A stretch of DNA of 61,446 bases, filler included, from Sphacelaria rigidula (taxonomy: Eukaryota): assembly GCA_964200075.2 (NCBI GenBank). It is 11 parts of 11 records of this genome, joined end to end, with 100 filler letters (N's around TTAATTAATTAA, not from the genome) between each part and the next. Parts side by side here need not be neighbours in the genome. Positions count along the whole stretch, not along the records: positions 33,572 to 39,066 come from CAXNAA020026862.1; positions 39,167 to 44,661 come from CAXNAA020026863.1; positions 44,762 to 50,256 come from CAXNAA020026864.1; positions 50,357 to 55,851 come from CAXNAA020026865.1; 7 more parts are not named here. One strand, 5' to 3'. The position numbers and the translations under genes were made by a program. Positions 37,646 to 50,749 of the stretch are shown here, in pieces. Every line of letters starts with the position of its first letter. Positions within the stretch are counted from its first letter, which is position 1. A model generated the notes under the pieces. The model searched no databases. It was not told where the DNA came from and worked only from the letters and a program-made list of their open reading frames with translations.

Positions 37646-38960
37646 ATGGCTACCGGCTCACGAGGCACGTCCACCGTGACACCAGTGGTCATGCGGGAGG
37701 AGCTGCGACCACCGCAATACGGGGATAGGTACTCAGAGAGTGCATCTCGCACTTTTATTACGAAGTACTTTGAGTACAAGAAACGTGTGAAACAAGCTAA
37801 CGCAGGGGGTGCTGTGTGGCATCAGGTGGTTCCAATGGTTCAACAAGTGCCAACTTATGTGCAGAGAGTGTTTGTTCGTTTGGAGCATAAGAAGGTCACA
37901 ATCACCCCACCGCAAGTGGTTGCGGCGATCAAAGAGCATGCTGGGCATGCGATGGGCACTTGCCACTGTTGTGGCCAGGTCGGTCATAACGCGCGCAATT
38001 GCCCAACGTCTTCCGGTGGAGAGTCTGGGCCGTCTCATGCCGCGGGCCATCAGCATCGTCAGCACAAGGGCAAAATACGAGGTAATAGTGGTGCCGGCGG
38101 CGGATCCTCCGGCGATCGAGGGTCGCAGGCGAGCCCGCCGCAGCAACAGCAGTAACAGCAGGGGCAGCGGCGTCAGCATCGACCTGGTTATGGGTTCGGC
38201 GCCGCCGTAGGTGCTGTTGCTTCGCAATGGGCGGTGCAGGTGGGACCGACTTATACAGTGTCGAACACTGCGCCGGTGCCGGTGGTGGCGCCGGCAGCGA
38301 CACCGGCAGCAGCGCCAGGCGCGACGCCTGTTGACGCGCTGGCCGGAGGTTCGCCAAATTCTTGGTCTGCTGGCTGGGGATCCGCCGGCGGTGCCGTTTG
38401 AACCTGCCGGGGCGCCTTCGCCTGCGCAGCTTGGGCATCCGTGGCGTCAAGTAGGATTAGCGGCGCATCGGTCGGCCAATAAATCGCCAGTGGCGTTTGC
38501 GGACAAGTACGTTCCTGTGGAGCTGTGCCTTCCAAATCAACGGGAGTGTGGGGCCATTGTGGTTCAGGCGAAGTGGGATTCTGGCGCCCATTGAACGGAT
38601 CATGTGAGTCTGTCGGTACAGATTGTAGAGATGTTCGAGCGTCTTCTCCCAGGTGTGCCGCTGCGCATTCCGTTTTCGCTCGGGGCGTGGCAGGCTGTCA
38701 CCGCGTCGAGTCAGCATGTTTACGTCACAGAGCGTACCTCTCCGCTGCAACTATCGTTCACGGCCTCCTGGAGGCCGGCGCAGTTACCTCCGATCTCGTT
38801 TGCGATCATGCCGGGATCGGATGGCGTTATTCTTCTGGGGCTGCCGATGCTTCAGGATATTGGAGTCAACGCTCGGCGGTTGTGGGACTCCATGAAGACG
38901 CGGATGTCTCCGCCTGGTCCACGATTGGAGACGCCCGCCGTTTGGGCAGTCGTCGCGTGA
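37646..38960 (+). pseudogene. Ty3/gypsy-type LTR retrotransposon gag + aspartic protease remnant
   Basis: CCHC knuckle CHCCGQVGHNARNC; protease active site AKWDSGA and downstream VILLGLPML; in-frame stops at 38153 and 38592. Confidence 0.85.
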
Positions 38961-38994
38961 GCTTGTCGGTGGATGCTTTTCAGGAGGCTGGACA

Positions 38995-39066
38995 TGTGAC
39001 GTTAGCAGGTCTGCTAGTACTGCAGCGTCTAAATGCTGTTGAGGGACTCCCCAGCTCTTCTGGCCT
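38995..39066 (-). mobile_element. End of a related LTR in the opposite orientation
   Basis: TGTGACG...TGCTGTTGAGGGACTCCCCAG...CTGGCCT is the reverse complement of 37268-37335. Confidence 0.65.
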
Positions 39067-40969
39067 NNNNNNNNNNNNNNNNNNNNNNNNNNNNNNNNNN
39101 NNNNNNNNNNTTAATTAATTAANNNNNNNNNNNNNNNNNNNNNNNNNNNNNNNNNNNNNNNNNNNNCTGACCCAATCCGCGAGACCAAAATAAAAGACGC
39201 GTACCGAGGGAGAGATGGGTTGATCTCTTGGTACCACGGACTCATCCCGAGGAAGGGGAGGGATTCAAGGTGCGAGGGAAAAATAAAAAAATGGATGATT
39301 TATACTCCTGTGATTGATAAGGTACAACAAGTCACCACTGACCGCGTAAGTAACGATGTTGAGGAATCATCATTGAGGCAGTGTGTGGTATACTTGGTTG
39401 CAAACGTCTCCTCATACAGGACTATTACGTATCATGATAAGATAGATTGCTCTTCCGGAACAAACAGTTCCGCCATGTCGATATTCGGCCATTGGTACAG
39501 CCTACAAGCTCAGAGTCCGCCACTAGCTATTTTCTTGTCACTGCTTACACAAGTTTTTTGCGTACGGTTACCCGCTTATGAAATCGGTTGGTGGTGTTTT
39601 GTTTTTATGAGAGACTATTGGACGAAGTAATGTGACGGTACGACCGGCTGTGTTTTTTACTCCAGTTTGTGTGCGAACCAGTCTCGGTTTAGTCCGATCG
39701 GACACATACCGTGAGGAGTGGACTGCGTTGGCCCTCTCTCTTCCGTGTACTTGTCGTGGTTCAGAAATGTGCTGGGCGATCCGCCTTGGAACTACGTAGT
39801 GGCGCCGATGGTTGTGGATTGACTCAATTACGTTTCTTTTGACATGTACGGGTACCCGACCTCACAAAGCGGCCGGTTGCTTTCGTGTCTCGTCGTGTGA
39901 GCAAAGAAAAAGAAAATACTGTACGACTGGGTCATCACCCAGACGTCCTTAGCGAGTCGTTGCTCTCACACACATGTACCAATAATTAACTCACGTCAAC
40001 CGGGTTGGTTGTCCGTATCATGCGTATTTCGTTTTTTTGTTCCAACATTTTGTCCTTGCGGGAAACTTTCCTTTCCGCGACAAATCAGCTGTACATTGTT
40101 GATTTTGCCGATTGACTTGAGACGAGTGATTAGCATAAACTGGTTATTGGAGTGATACGATGCCTTGGCGGGCTTGCTTGTTTCCATCAATGAAACAGAA
40201 AAATCCGGAAATCCGGAAAAGAGCAACATTTTCTACATATGATACAGTTATGGCAGTGTATGATGACCGTTTCGATGCTTGGCCTCTGATTTCACATGAT
40301 CCCTTCTGAAATACTCACGGCATTTCAGGACACTACAGTTTTTGTACAACGGTTTGGTTTTTTTCTTCTGACTTTTCCACTATCTTTGATTTTCATGATT
40401 CCCTGGAATACTCACGAATTTGAGGACACTGCATTTTGTGTCTTGGTTCAGTCCTGTTTTTTGTTTGTGTGTGTTGTTTCCCTTTTGTTTTCGTGTGCTG
40501 GTTGGACCTCATCGTCTCCCGTGCCGAAGAGAAACTAGGGCGTCTCATTTTTTGCGTGCTTTTTCTCGGATCCTCCGAGGCGATATCGTACGATCGACTG
40601 GTCATGGTATTGCCTTCACGTGCAGTGCTCTTGCATCTGTCTTGACTGAGTGCCGTGCATCCTCTTGTGCCCAATTTCTTCAACGCTTGGGGTTATTGGT
40701 GTACACTTTTTGTGGTGCGGGAGAAGGTATGGATGAAGCAGCCTCGCCTCTTGTCATAGTCTGCAAGTGCTTCAACCATGATAGGCGTATGTAATGTGAT
40801 GGGGAGATACAGAGGCTAAATTAGTGTTTCGGGATACAGACTGGCGGGTACTAGATTTGTATATCTTTGGCGAATATTTCAGCGGCATAAGGATCTACTT
40901 CTCACCGGTTTTCGTGGCGTCTCTCTTCTCATTTTTTCTTTATTTTGGTAATGTTTCTTGTAAGGAATA

Positions 40970-41100
40970 GCAAGGGCGGTATTGGAAAGGTGAGCCTACG
41001 TCTGTGACCACGGGTTTGCGAGATCGGACTATTGTGCGGAAATAATACTAATACTAATACGACTACTACTACTACTAATAATAGTAATAATAATAATAAA
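40970..41100 (+). repeat. Probable retroposon 3' end with (TAA/TAC)n tail
   Basis: Short GC-balanced segment ending abruptly in AATAATACTAATACT...ACTACT...AATAAT. Confidence 0.5.
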
Positions 41101-44100
41101 AAGGATCAACCACGGGCCAGCTGTTGGGTTGATACATGCGTCGTTGGTCGCAATCGTATTGGATGACGTGGATTTATCGGTAGATATGTACATAAGCTTG
41201 TTTGAAGTTGAGCCGAGTGGATCTGAGTTGAGTTATGACTTTGAGTGAAGACATGTCCGGGGCAGGCCGACAGGACGATGTAGACGCCCTTTCGCAGCAC
41301 TTTCTCATCGCCCCAAGGCCCCAGCAGTAAAGTAAAGGACTATCAACACTTCAGCAGCGTCTGATAGACTTCAACTATCCCCTTTCTGCGGTGACAGAGC
41401 CTCAGGATCAAGGAGACTATAAGCGAGTCTCCCCTGAGTGCACTATATAACTTTTGTTCTGCTCACTTTCTCTATTTGTACACATGTGCTTTATAGCTCC
41501 GCCAGCTGAGCATACAACCAACTGTAGCAAGCATTACGATTGAAAGGTCATTGATCCTTGGACTTCGTCATCACCATCCTGCGCCAAGCAGCTACGGTGA
41601 CAATCCATTTATCACTTGACATAGTCATAAGCCACCCGCGATCGCTCGATTGAAAAACCCCACCACCCCTCTCGAGGACGCGCGCCCAGCAGTATGTCGA
41701 ACAAGGCATGGAAAACATAACCAGCCCCTGGCTGCACGCGCGTGCCTGCTTCGTGACCCACCTCCCGATGCCCCTCTGTGCCCTCTGACCGTCAAAATCG
41801 GCGACATTTGCATCAAATATAGGACGTCCTAGCCGGTGATGATGAAGAGCACGCCGTCCTTTTGCACAACTTCATTTTGCACCTCATCATGCACAAGGAG
41901 AAAAACACCGGGGCCAACCGAAGGTCACCAACCCGCACCGGTCAGCGGACAGAGGTAAAATAGCACACGATAGGGTGGCGACAACGGGGTAAAGCAAGAA
42001 GCGTAGCAAGACACGTGATCATTGAATTCGTAAAATCATACCCGTCGAAGGGTTGAAGAGATCGCTCAAAACACTCCCTCGCGACATTCCTAAGGCTTCG
42101 TGAGTTGGTGCCCTCTTCTTCAGTTGGTGCTGACGGCTTGAGTGCTCCTTGTCTTAATGCGGACGTAAACGGGTGGGAATGGAAACCGAAGATTTCCCAT
42201 CGAAAGGACGTCTAGTCATCAATTGCTGCGGTTGCATGGACCATCACACACAGAAACAAATATACACATTTCACCCTCATGACTACTTAAGCAGATGATG
42301 CATCAAAATCTCGAGACTAGTCTGAACCCTACCTCAGTCGCTATCCTGTCCAAATTGACACTTCAACACTTTCCCGTCTCTTGACGGGGGGGCGGGGGGT
42401 TTGGGATATATGCCCGTCTTTATGCCATCCCCAAACAGGTATACATAGTGGTGGGACGCGCCGTGCCAGAAGGTGACACTATTTACGTGCTATTGCAGGA
42501 GCTCACACGATACGGGGAGCCCTGGTCAAGCGTAATCTGGAAGCCTTCTACGGGGGAGGGTTTCGATTCCCGAGACAGCAGGTCACATCTTCGCCAGTAC
42601 CCAGATCTGCAGTACCATATTTTGAAGCTGAGGTTTTTCAGTAAGATTTTTGTTCGATCTCCTGTTTACTTGGATCATTGGTGAGTGGAGCAAACGAATA
42701 TATATAAATGTATATATATATCACATGACTCAAGTATTTGTGAACACTTGGCAATTTCATAGTACTCCTACTACGGTAGTGCAGACGCTTAGCCGGTGAG
42801 GAGCAGATTGGTCGTGTACATACCTTCCAGAGTCTTCTTCTGGTTGGTTAATCCGAGGGAGTCCCACGGCCCAACACCATGGGAGCACAGTTACTGCTCA
42901 TATACTCGGCAAGCCAAGATCAAAGGTATCAACAACCAGGAACCCAGAAGATGTATTTCTGGGTCCATCTGAGCTCCAGTGAGCTTGGGTTATGGGCCGC
43001 ACAACCAATACTGTGAGTCGACGGTCATTGCTGTGAGAGAGGCACTCGGGAAACTCACTGTGACACTCGTTGTTAACGCTACATCGTTTTGCACCTGTTT
43101 TGGTTTTTTATTTGCGCTTTCAAACCCCCCTTCTTCTGCTGCACGAGTCCGTGGTCTCAAGGGATCAACTCATTTCTCCCCGGCACACGCTTCGCATTCT
43201 GGCCTCGTGGATTGGATCATGACTAGCATTCCCTCACCGCGTCGACTCCCGTCAGAAAAACTCAGTCAACTATTTTAATTGTTTTCTCGCATAGTCACGC
43301 TTTCAACAACGGAAATCAGCTACTGTAGAGAAAGGACCCAGAAGCATCTGGCGGAGATCAAACCCGCGTTCATTCCACCCTAAAGATATCAGTCGTACCA
43401 TAGACCATCGGGGCAGAGTTGGTGAAGAGTCGCGAACATGCACCCTCTCTACCCCATCTTGCTTTTGTGAACAACCATCACCAAGGTGTCCACTGCAAGA
43501 CATTGCCTGCGTGGTCAGCCAGGAAAACAGTTGGGCCTGCCTCCGCAGAAACGTGCGGCCTTCCGAGCTCAGCCTCGACCTAACTGACGCTAAATCATGG
43601 TAAGCCCGGACACTACAGTGTATATACTCATGCATGTCGTATGAAATCTTCCCTCATGAAGCAAACCGAAGACTCGGACACCCACAGCGTTCCAAGTTGA
43701 ACAGAGTTGCATTGTTTATACCACGGATGATGGCTCCTCTACTCTTGTGCCCAGGGTCTGCGCTTGATTGGTACCCGTGGTAGAAGTACGACACGTAACT
43801 GCCTATGCCACATATACTCCTGTCTACGACAACACACGGTGAAACCGGATGAACAGTGGTACTTGCAGGCTCCCAGCGACTCTGATTCTGTAGTCTCGGA
43901 CGATAACCGAATGGCAATATTTACGTTCATGAAGTACATACTTCTAGAAATTGGCTCACGTGTGTTTCTCATAGCATTTTCAGCGTCTAGCGACTGCATG
44001 AATCCATTATACCTCCTGAACGTCTCACGGACCCCCAGGAGTCTCGTGACGCAGCCACGACATGTCATGGATGCGTCGTGGGTATCTCACGAGATCCATT

Positions 44101-44484
44101 CTCATGAACTCCATACATATTATGAGAGTCCATGGCTCACCCACGAGAATCCACGGATTCACGCGGCCCACGATTACAAGAGTCTACTACAAAGCACAGC
44201 AAATCGGCCATCAACAACGCTTGTTGAGTATAATACCGGAATCCTCCCCCTTATCACCCCTGTCTTTGCCCCGCCACTACTTTAACTTTTCGTTGCCTGT
44301 GCGCCTTGATAGGCTTCCGTTTTTCTCGAGCCCCGGGAATCCACCGCCGGCGCAGGGGTACACGAGTATCCAGGAGGAGGTTGTCTATCGTCCCACACCA
44401 CAGTCCTTCGTGTACGAAGTCGAGGATATGGTTCGCGAAGCTCTCAAGCGAGATATCAGGTCCGTTATATCCTATAGTATTTAA

Positions 44485-44661
44485 CACGCGATCTGACAAA
44501 TTGGGGATGGATCTTTCATTGCGGATGAGAAACCCGGAGAATTAAAATCTTCGTATCCACACCAAATCTTCGAATTATGGTTCCATTTCTTCACCTACTC
44601 ATAGCTATTGACAACTGCTAGACGCCATAGAAATTTGGATTTCGAACACCGAAATGTTGGG
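44485..44661. repeat. Second copy (one arm) of the 31491-32174 foldback MITE
   Basis: GGATGAGAAACCCGG...AAATCTTCGTATCCACACCAAATCTTCG...TAGCTATTGACAACTGCTA...CCGAAATGTTGGG; the contig ends near the palindrome centre. Confidence 0.85.
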
Positions 44662-44761
44662 NNNNNNNNNNNNNNNNNNNNNNNNNNNNNNNNNNNNNNN
44701 NNNNNTTAATTAATTAANNNNNNNNNNNNNNNNNNNNNNNNNNNNNNNNNNNNNNNNNNNN

Positions 44762-44840
44762 CATCGCTCCAAACGGGTGCGTGGTCAACGCCCCAACAAC
44801 TAAGGCCACCAAACAACGGGTCCCCCCCCCCCCCCCCCCC
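44762..44840 (+). mobile_element. Divergent C-tract LINE 3' end (subfamily C)
   Basis: GGGTGCGTGGTCAACG...ACTAAGGCCACCAA (GCVVNAPTTKAT, cf. GCVVNGRTTRAS) running into a C19 tract. Confidence 0.55.
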
Positions 44841-46385
44841 ACACTACACACTACACACCACCCCGCTACGGACCATTCTGTGCATGAGTACTGAGTATCA
44901 CTGGATGACACCCACATCGGTCCCAACAAAATGAGTAACTACTGTAGAAGAACCAACGTGCTGCGGTGTGTTTGGTGGCTTTTCTGCAGTATGCGCATAT
45001 CCCAGGTGCAGAAAGGAAGTGTCGCGGTAGAGCAACTGCAAGGTGTGCAGCCCGATCAACCATCTCATTTCCGCTCCATGTATTGACATCGTTTCTACGG
45101 TAGGAGAAGTGAGCGCCAGAGTATCCAATGCTGCCTGGTGTGTAACAACTACGCATCTGTGATCACCCTTATAGACCACGAGTATTTCATGAAACAGACG
45201 CAAAAACTGCTGCATATGCCCGTTGCTAAGGCGCACTATCGTGGTGTATGCTCTTTGTGTACTGCAATCTACATCAGCTTGCCCAACATCTACTGTACTG
45301 TTCCCTCGCGATGAACGCGTAATTGCATACTCTGACCAAAACAAGAGCAGCGGAATATCGAATCAAGGTCGAGTATCATGCGCGTCGTCTTTTTCTTCGG
45401 AATGTTGGAAAAGATACCGGTATCGCCTTTTTTTTGTCGTTTTTTTAATATCGTATCGGACCAAATTATCGCTTTGATCTTTAACGCTGGTTCGTACTTT
45501 ATAAATACGAGTGCGCCGTTGTACAGTACCGGACTAAACCAGCTGGGCCAGCTTACAAGCTGATCTGTAGGTTGCAGACCCATTCTCACCTCAATTTTGA
45601 GAGTTGAACTTTGAAATCAGGTATGGAGAATCGCTAGGGCAAAATAAATAAAAAAAACTTCAAGACTCAGTATACACTAAAGCGTCCGTGAGTCATGAAA
45701 AAAAAATCTAGATGACCCCAAATTTCTCTTTCATTATGCCCTAGCGATTCCCCATACCTGAGTTCTAAGTCCAACTTTGAACATTGAGGTAAAAATGGGC
45801 GATATAGAGCCTGGGCCGGTCATATTCAGAACAGTATTTTGTAGGCCATGTGCCAACCCAGTTTGGTACTTATGCTTTGACTCTTGTGTGGAGAATCGCC
45901 GAGGCATGATAACAAAAACGAATTGGGGCATGGCGATTTATTTTTCATGATTTAAGGACGTTTTGGTATAGTAAGCACCGTTTTTCACAAGAACGCCCCT
46001 CACGAGAAAGAAAAAATGCAGGCCCACTTCCTTGTTTCCAGTATGCCATGGCGACAACCCACACAAAATTTTGAAGCACATTTCTCTAAAATGAGCTGAG
46101 AAATTGAGGCTCGGGCCGAAAACAATATATATTTTCTCACAAACACATGTAGCAAAAAACTCCTGAACGTTTTGTTTTTTATTTTCACCCTTGCGACACT
46201 TGATACCAAATTTCAAAGCGCGACTCTTGAAACTGAGACGCGAAATCCAGTCTTCGTGCAATTAGAGCCTCTGCTCGTAACATATTGAGGTTAGCATGAA
46301 AACTGTGTGCGCCATATATCTAGATAAAGAGCAAGTTAGGTGAAGGTACGGGTATCGATTGTTTCCCGTGCTCAGGGGGATCTTC

Positions 46386-48023
46386 CAACGGCAGATCGGG
46401 TAGGGTATAAACTTTTGAATACTCGGGTAAAATACCCGGGTATTTGCTCCACCTAACGTTTGGGTACATCAGGTACGGCCTCAATACTCGATCCAAATTT
46501 GGTACGGCCTCGAAGACTCCACCCAAATTTTGGGTAGATTGAGTACGACCCCAAATACTCTACCCAATATCGGGTAAGCACTCTCAGCAATACCTGGGTA
46601 TAGAGTATCACCCCAAATACTCCACCCAAAATTTGGGTACATTGAGTATGACCCCAAATACTCGACCCAAATATTGGGTGAGTCATGTCTGTAATACTCA
46701 GATATACAGGATCACTCGGGTAAAATACCCGGGAATTCACATCAGGTACGGCCTCAATACTCGATCCAAATTTTGGGTGATTGGGTACGGCCTCGAAGAC
46801 TCCACCCAAATTTTGGGTAGATTGAGTACGACCCCAAATACTCTACCCAATATCGGGTAAGCACTCTCAGCAATACCTGGGTATAGAGTATCACCTAGTA
46901 TGACCTCAATACTCTACCCAATTTTTGGGTGGATTGGGTATGACCTCAAATACTCCACCCAAAATTTGGGTAGATTGAGTATGACCCCAAATACTCGATC
47001 CAAATATTGGGTGAGTCATCTCAGTAATACTCAGGTATACAGTATCACTTGGGTATGATGAGTGACCATTACCGTTGACGACTTCGTGACGTCACTTCAG
47101 ACCTTATTGAATAATGGGCGAACGGTGGTAATCAATGAGATGAGTGACGTCAGGTCACAGGCTACAATGAGTATGGGCGAAGGATGGCCATAAAAAAACA
47201 AAAGAAGCGTGCCGGTGCATGAACCTACCTGCCCCGCCACCGGCAGTACAAACCCATACCTCATATTCAAACTTCGCATCCTCTTCGATATCAGTGCCAG
47301 TACAAAGCGCTTTCCATCATCATTGGGTAAGCGAGTAGACGGGCATTTGGGTAGGTATTGTAAAAATGAGCGACTCTACGAGCCGCACATATGACTCCCC
47401 CATGGGAGATCCAGCGGTGAGAACGGTGGGACATATGGAAACACCGCGACAGTCGCGAGGAGAAACGACAGAAAAAGGCGCGACGGGGTCAGGAGTGATA
47501 GACCTGACCCCAACACAGGCCCCAGTGGCCCGTATTGTACAGGCGGTTTGGGTATCTTGGGTACGAACTTGAATACCAAAGTTATGCTCAAGGTTTCGGT
47601 ATGATGGGTCCGGCCTCAGATATTCTACTCAACGTTTGGGTAAATTGGGTATCATCCCGAATACTCTACAATTATTTGGGTTAGATTGGGGACAACCTCA
47701 AATATTCCACCCAAATTTTAGGTAGATTGAGTACAAGCTCAAATATTATTACCTGGGTATAGACTATCTCTTGGTACGACCTTAATACTCTACCCAAATT
47801 TCGGGTAGATTGAGTACGACCTCGAGTACTCTACCCGATCTCGGGTTAAGCACTCTCAGTAATACCTGAGTATAGAGTATCACGTGATTATGAACTCGAG
47901 TACTCTACCCGAAATTTGGGTAGATTGAGTATGGCCTCAAATACTCTACCCAAAATTTGGGTACTAAGAGGATGACTTCTAAAAAAAAAGAGTATTTAGT
48001 ATACCCTACCCGAGCTGCCCTTG
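46386..48023. mobile_element. 1.64-kb non-autonomous hAT-like transposon with long subterminal tandem arrays
   Basis: 24-bp TIR CAACGGCAGATCGGGTAGGGTATA / TATACCCTACCCGAGCTGCCCTTG; 8-bp TSD GGATCTTC/GAATGTTC; arrays of TACTCYACCCAAATTTTGGGTAGATTGAGTAYGACCYCAAA at 46410-47060 and 47540-47990. Confidence 0.8.
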
Positions 48024-48725
48024 GAATGTTCACATAAAAAAATATCATCTGTTGTGCATTATCATTCGGGCTTCGTACATTTTTAGTATGGACCCCATCT
48101 CCGTACGGTATAGGAACTGCTAGACATGGCGTTTAATCAACGACAAAAAAATGGCCCAGGCTTTTGAGCAGGTTGGCATCTTCTCCTTGATAAAATGATG
48201 AACATGATATGCGGATCACGGCTCAGTTCGTCTGTGTCGATGAGATGTGGCTGCGAGATCTTAAATCCGGCTTTAGGCTGGTCGACCTCGTACTGTCTCT
48301 TCACTCAGAGCTCCGCGCTGTTTCTTCATAATTTTCCCGCAATATTTGTTTGACGCGTTTCTCTGCCCTCATGATACATTTTCAGCGATGGGGTACGTTT
48401 CCTCGGGCCTGAGAACTCGGCAACTTCGTAAATGAGATAACTACTACTATAGTGGCAAACCGAACGCTTAGATGCGGTGGACCCCCGCGGTAAAGTCACC
48501 ACTTCACAAGAAAGGGTAAGGGTATCTGCCAGCGGATTATGACTGATGACAGTGCAGTATGTCAAGAGTCCAGTACATCGAGACGGGGTGGTTGCTACGA
48601 AAATTCAAAAACCGTGTAAAATAACTCTTGTTCATGTTCCGTCGCTCGTGATTACTTCGGTATATATCAAAGTGCAGTCCTACACCAACTACACGTGCTA
48701 CTGTTTTGACTCGTGCTGTTCCCAC

Positions 48726-49169
48726 CTTGAAGAAATCGAAGAGAAGGAGGAACACGAACAGGTTGTCCACGGAGAGGCTCAACTCTACCACATATCCTGC
48801 AAAAAATTGGACCGCCTTTTCGGCTCCCATGAACTGGTTGATACCAGCTCCGAAAGCTATCGCTCCACTCACGGCCAACGCGGTATTGGTGAGAGCACTA
48901 CTATAAGGGTCACCGTCTGCCTGGTCTGCGGTGGCCTCGACCTCGAGTTTCATGGTAGCAGTTGTAGCTGGTGCTGCAGCTGGTGCCACACCTCGCGCGA
49001 CCCGCGCAGGTGAGAAGGTTCGCCGATAGCCGCCCAGATTCGGACTTGCTGCGCAAGACCACGTACCGCTCAATCGGCGTGAGGATCGACGCACCAGTCC
49101 TGGCGCTCGAAACCCCACCACTCCAAGCATATGGAGTGCTATGCATAGCACTACAACACAAATTTTCAT
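48726..49169 (-). CDS. terC: Exon 1 of plastid-targeted TerC-family integral membrane protein
   Basis: Signal peptide MKICVVVLCIALHMLGVVG followed by F (ASAFAP-type), Arg/Ser/Ala-rich transit peptide, then FFAGYVVELSLSVDNLFVFLLLFDFFK (TerC E-x-S-L-S-V-D-N motif); donor AAG|GTGGGA. Confidence 0.9.
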
Positions 49170-49369
49170 GGGAAATGGTTCCTGTGAGCGTTACCGATGG
49201 TGTGGAAAAGTGCTGTAAAACCGAGTTTTACAGACAGTGGCGTCAGCAGGACAGTCAGTGCAACCTCGTCACCCCATCAAATGACCCTCTTTGTGCGGTA
49301 CTTTTTATAGTATACTCGTACAGTACAGTATTAGCTAATTCGCTTGCGCCTAGCTCCTTAGAAGCCGCC

Positions 49370-49832
49370 CGGCCCTGTGACTCCATTGGTAACCTCGAAA
49401 CCTTCTGGCGGTTGGGTCGTGGGTTCAAATCTCGGAACGATCGGGGATGTTTTCACGGTTAGGACGAATGATGACGACTACGAATCACCAAATCCACGAT
49501 TTCTTCGGTCTGACTGCCCCAAAAAAAGGAGAAAAAAGTTGACCGCTGGCTCAAGGGGTATCCACGCTACTTTTGCGCCATTCCACATGTCTGGGCTGGG
49601 TAGCTGGGTTGCAACGCTGAAAAGAAAGCGTAGGAATTGATTCGTACGATTCGAATCAATTATACTAAAACCAAGTCATTTCCAGACAAACAATTATTTG
49701 TTCAACCCTTGGATTTTTCTCACACCATGCCAAACAGTGGAGAGCGACTATGTCGTGGGTACACAAAGTTTGACTTAAAGGTCGACGAGGGAAAGGGGCT
49801 GCTGAATTCCTCCCGCGGTAAAAAAACGGCAA
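49370..49832 (+). mobile_element. tRNA-derived SINE interrupted by a MITE and truncated by another element
   Basis: Head CCCTGTGACTCCATTGGTAACCTCGAAACC...GGTTCAAATCTCGG; body resumes at 49712 (GATTTTTCTCACACC...GTCGACGAGGGAAAGGGGCTGCTGAA). Confidence 0.8.
49454..49711. mobile_element. hAT-like MITE (other pieces at 27718-27876 and 55952-56014)
   Basis: Imperfect TIR CACGGTTAGGACGAAT / ATTTGTTCAACCCTTG; flanks GATGTTTT / GATTTTTC. Confidence 0.7.
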
Positions 49833-50170
49833 TGGCCTAGGAAAGGTATACCTTCTCGTTTTTTGCCTAGGAAAAGGAAAAGTACGAAAAATGCCCCGAA
49901 ACGCGAAAACAGCAAAACACGCCATTTTGACCGTCTTCGCTCCGGATTTTTCACGCACATCGTTCGGGGGGCCATTGGCACCCGGGACTAGAAAAAAACG
50001 GATAAAAAATATGTTACTCGAAGAATATTATGGCCACGCGAAAACGGACATTTCGCCTCCAGAAACCGCTCCCCTTTTTGTGTAGGCCACATTTCGCCGA
50101 GGTATTATACCTGATCTAGGAATTATTATTCAATCATACCCTATCTGGGCCACCGATCTGCCGAGAACGT
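49832..50170 (+). repeat. Dispersed repeat homologous to 54718-55050
   Basis: TGGCCTAGRAAAGGTATACCTT...AACGCGAAA...TTCACGCACA...TCGCCTCCAGAAACC...TATCTGGGCCACC in both. Confidence 0.85.
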
Positions 50171-50749
50171 ACCTACCTCTGCTACGAGCTGGGCCAGCCT
50201 AGAGGCGGATTTGAAGTTTGCAGGCCCATGCTCTTTTATACATTTAGAGTTGGGCCNNNNNNNNNNNNNNNNNNNNNNNNNNNNNNNNNNNNNNNNNNNN
50301 TTAATTAATTAANNNNNNNNNNNNNNNNNNNNNNNNNNNNNNNNNNNNNNNNNNNNGCTTTTCCCCGACCGTCCTTGGACGGTGTCGGGGCCAAACTTTA
50401 ATTTATCTTGGTGTTTATCATCGAAAGCCCCCCCCCCCCCCCCCCCCCCTCCCACCATGCGCTCGTCGCCGCCCCCAGCAGCGATACGTGCCGATATGGT
50501 ATTAGTTTCTCCCGACGAACGTATGGAATATGTGTTCAGTTCTCGGCTTATAGGGCCAACGCGGATCATTTGGTTCGTACTATGCGTGCGAGGTGAACTT
50601 GGTTTGCGACAAACGGCGTTGCTTTCCCCCCAATTGCATGTGCGGGCCTCTCGGGCGATTTTTACACGGAACACGCCGTTGTTTTTCGTTGCTGTTATTA
50701 TTGTCGCACTCTTGGCCGTTTTGTACCTCGTGTATTGTTTTGTGTCCAG

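Noticed and set aside
46410..47990. Palindromic ~39-bp repeats resembling a CRISPR array
   Set aside because: Units are degenerate and contiguous with no unique spacers; no cas genes; eukaryotic context; bounded by TIR and TSD
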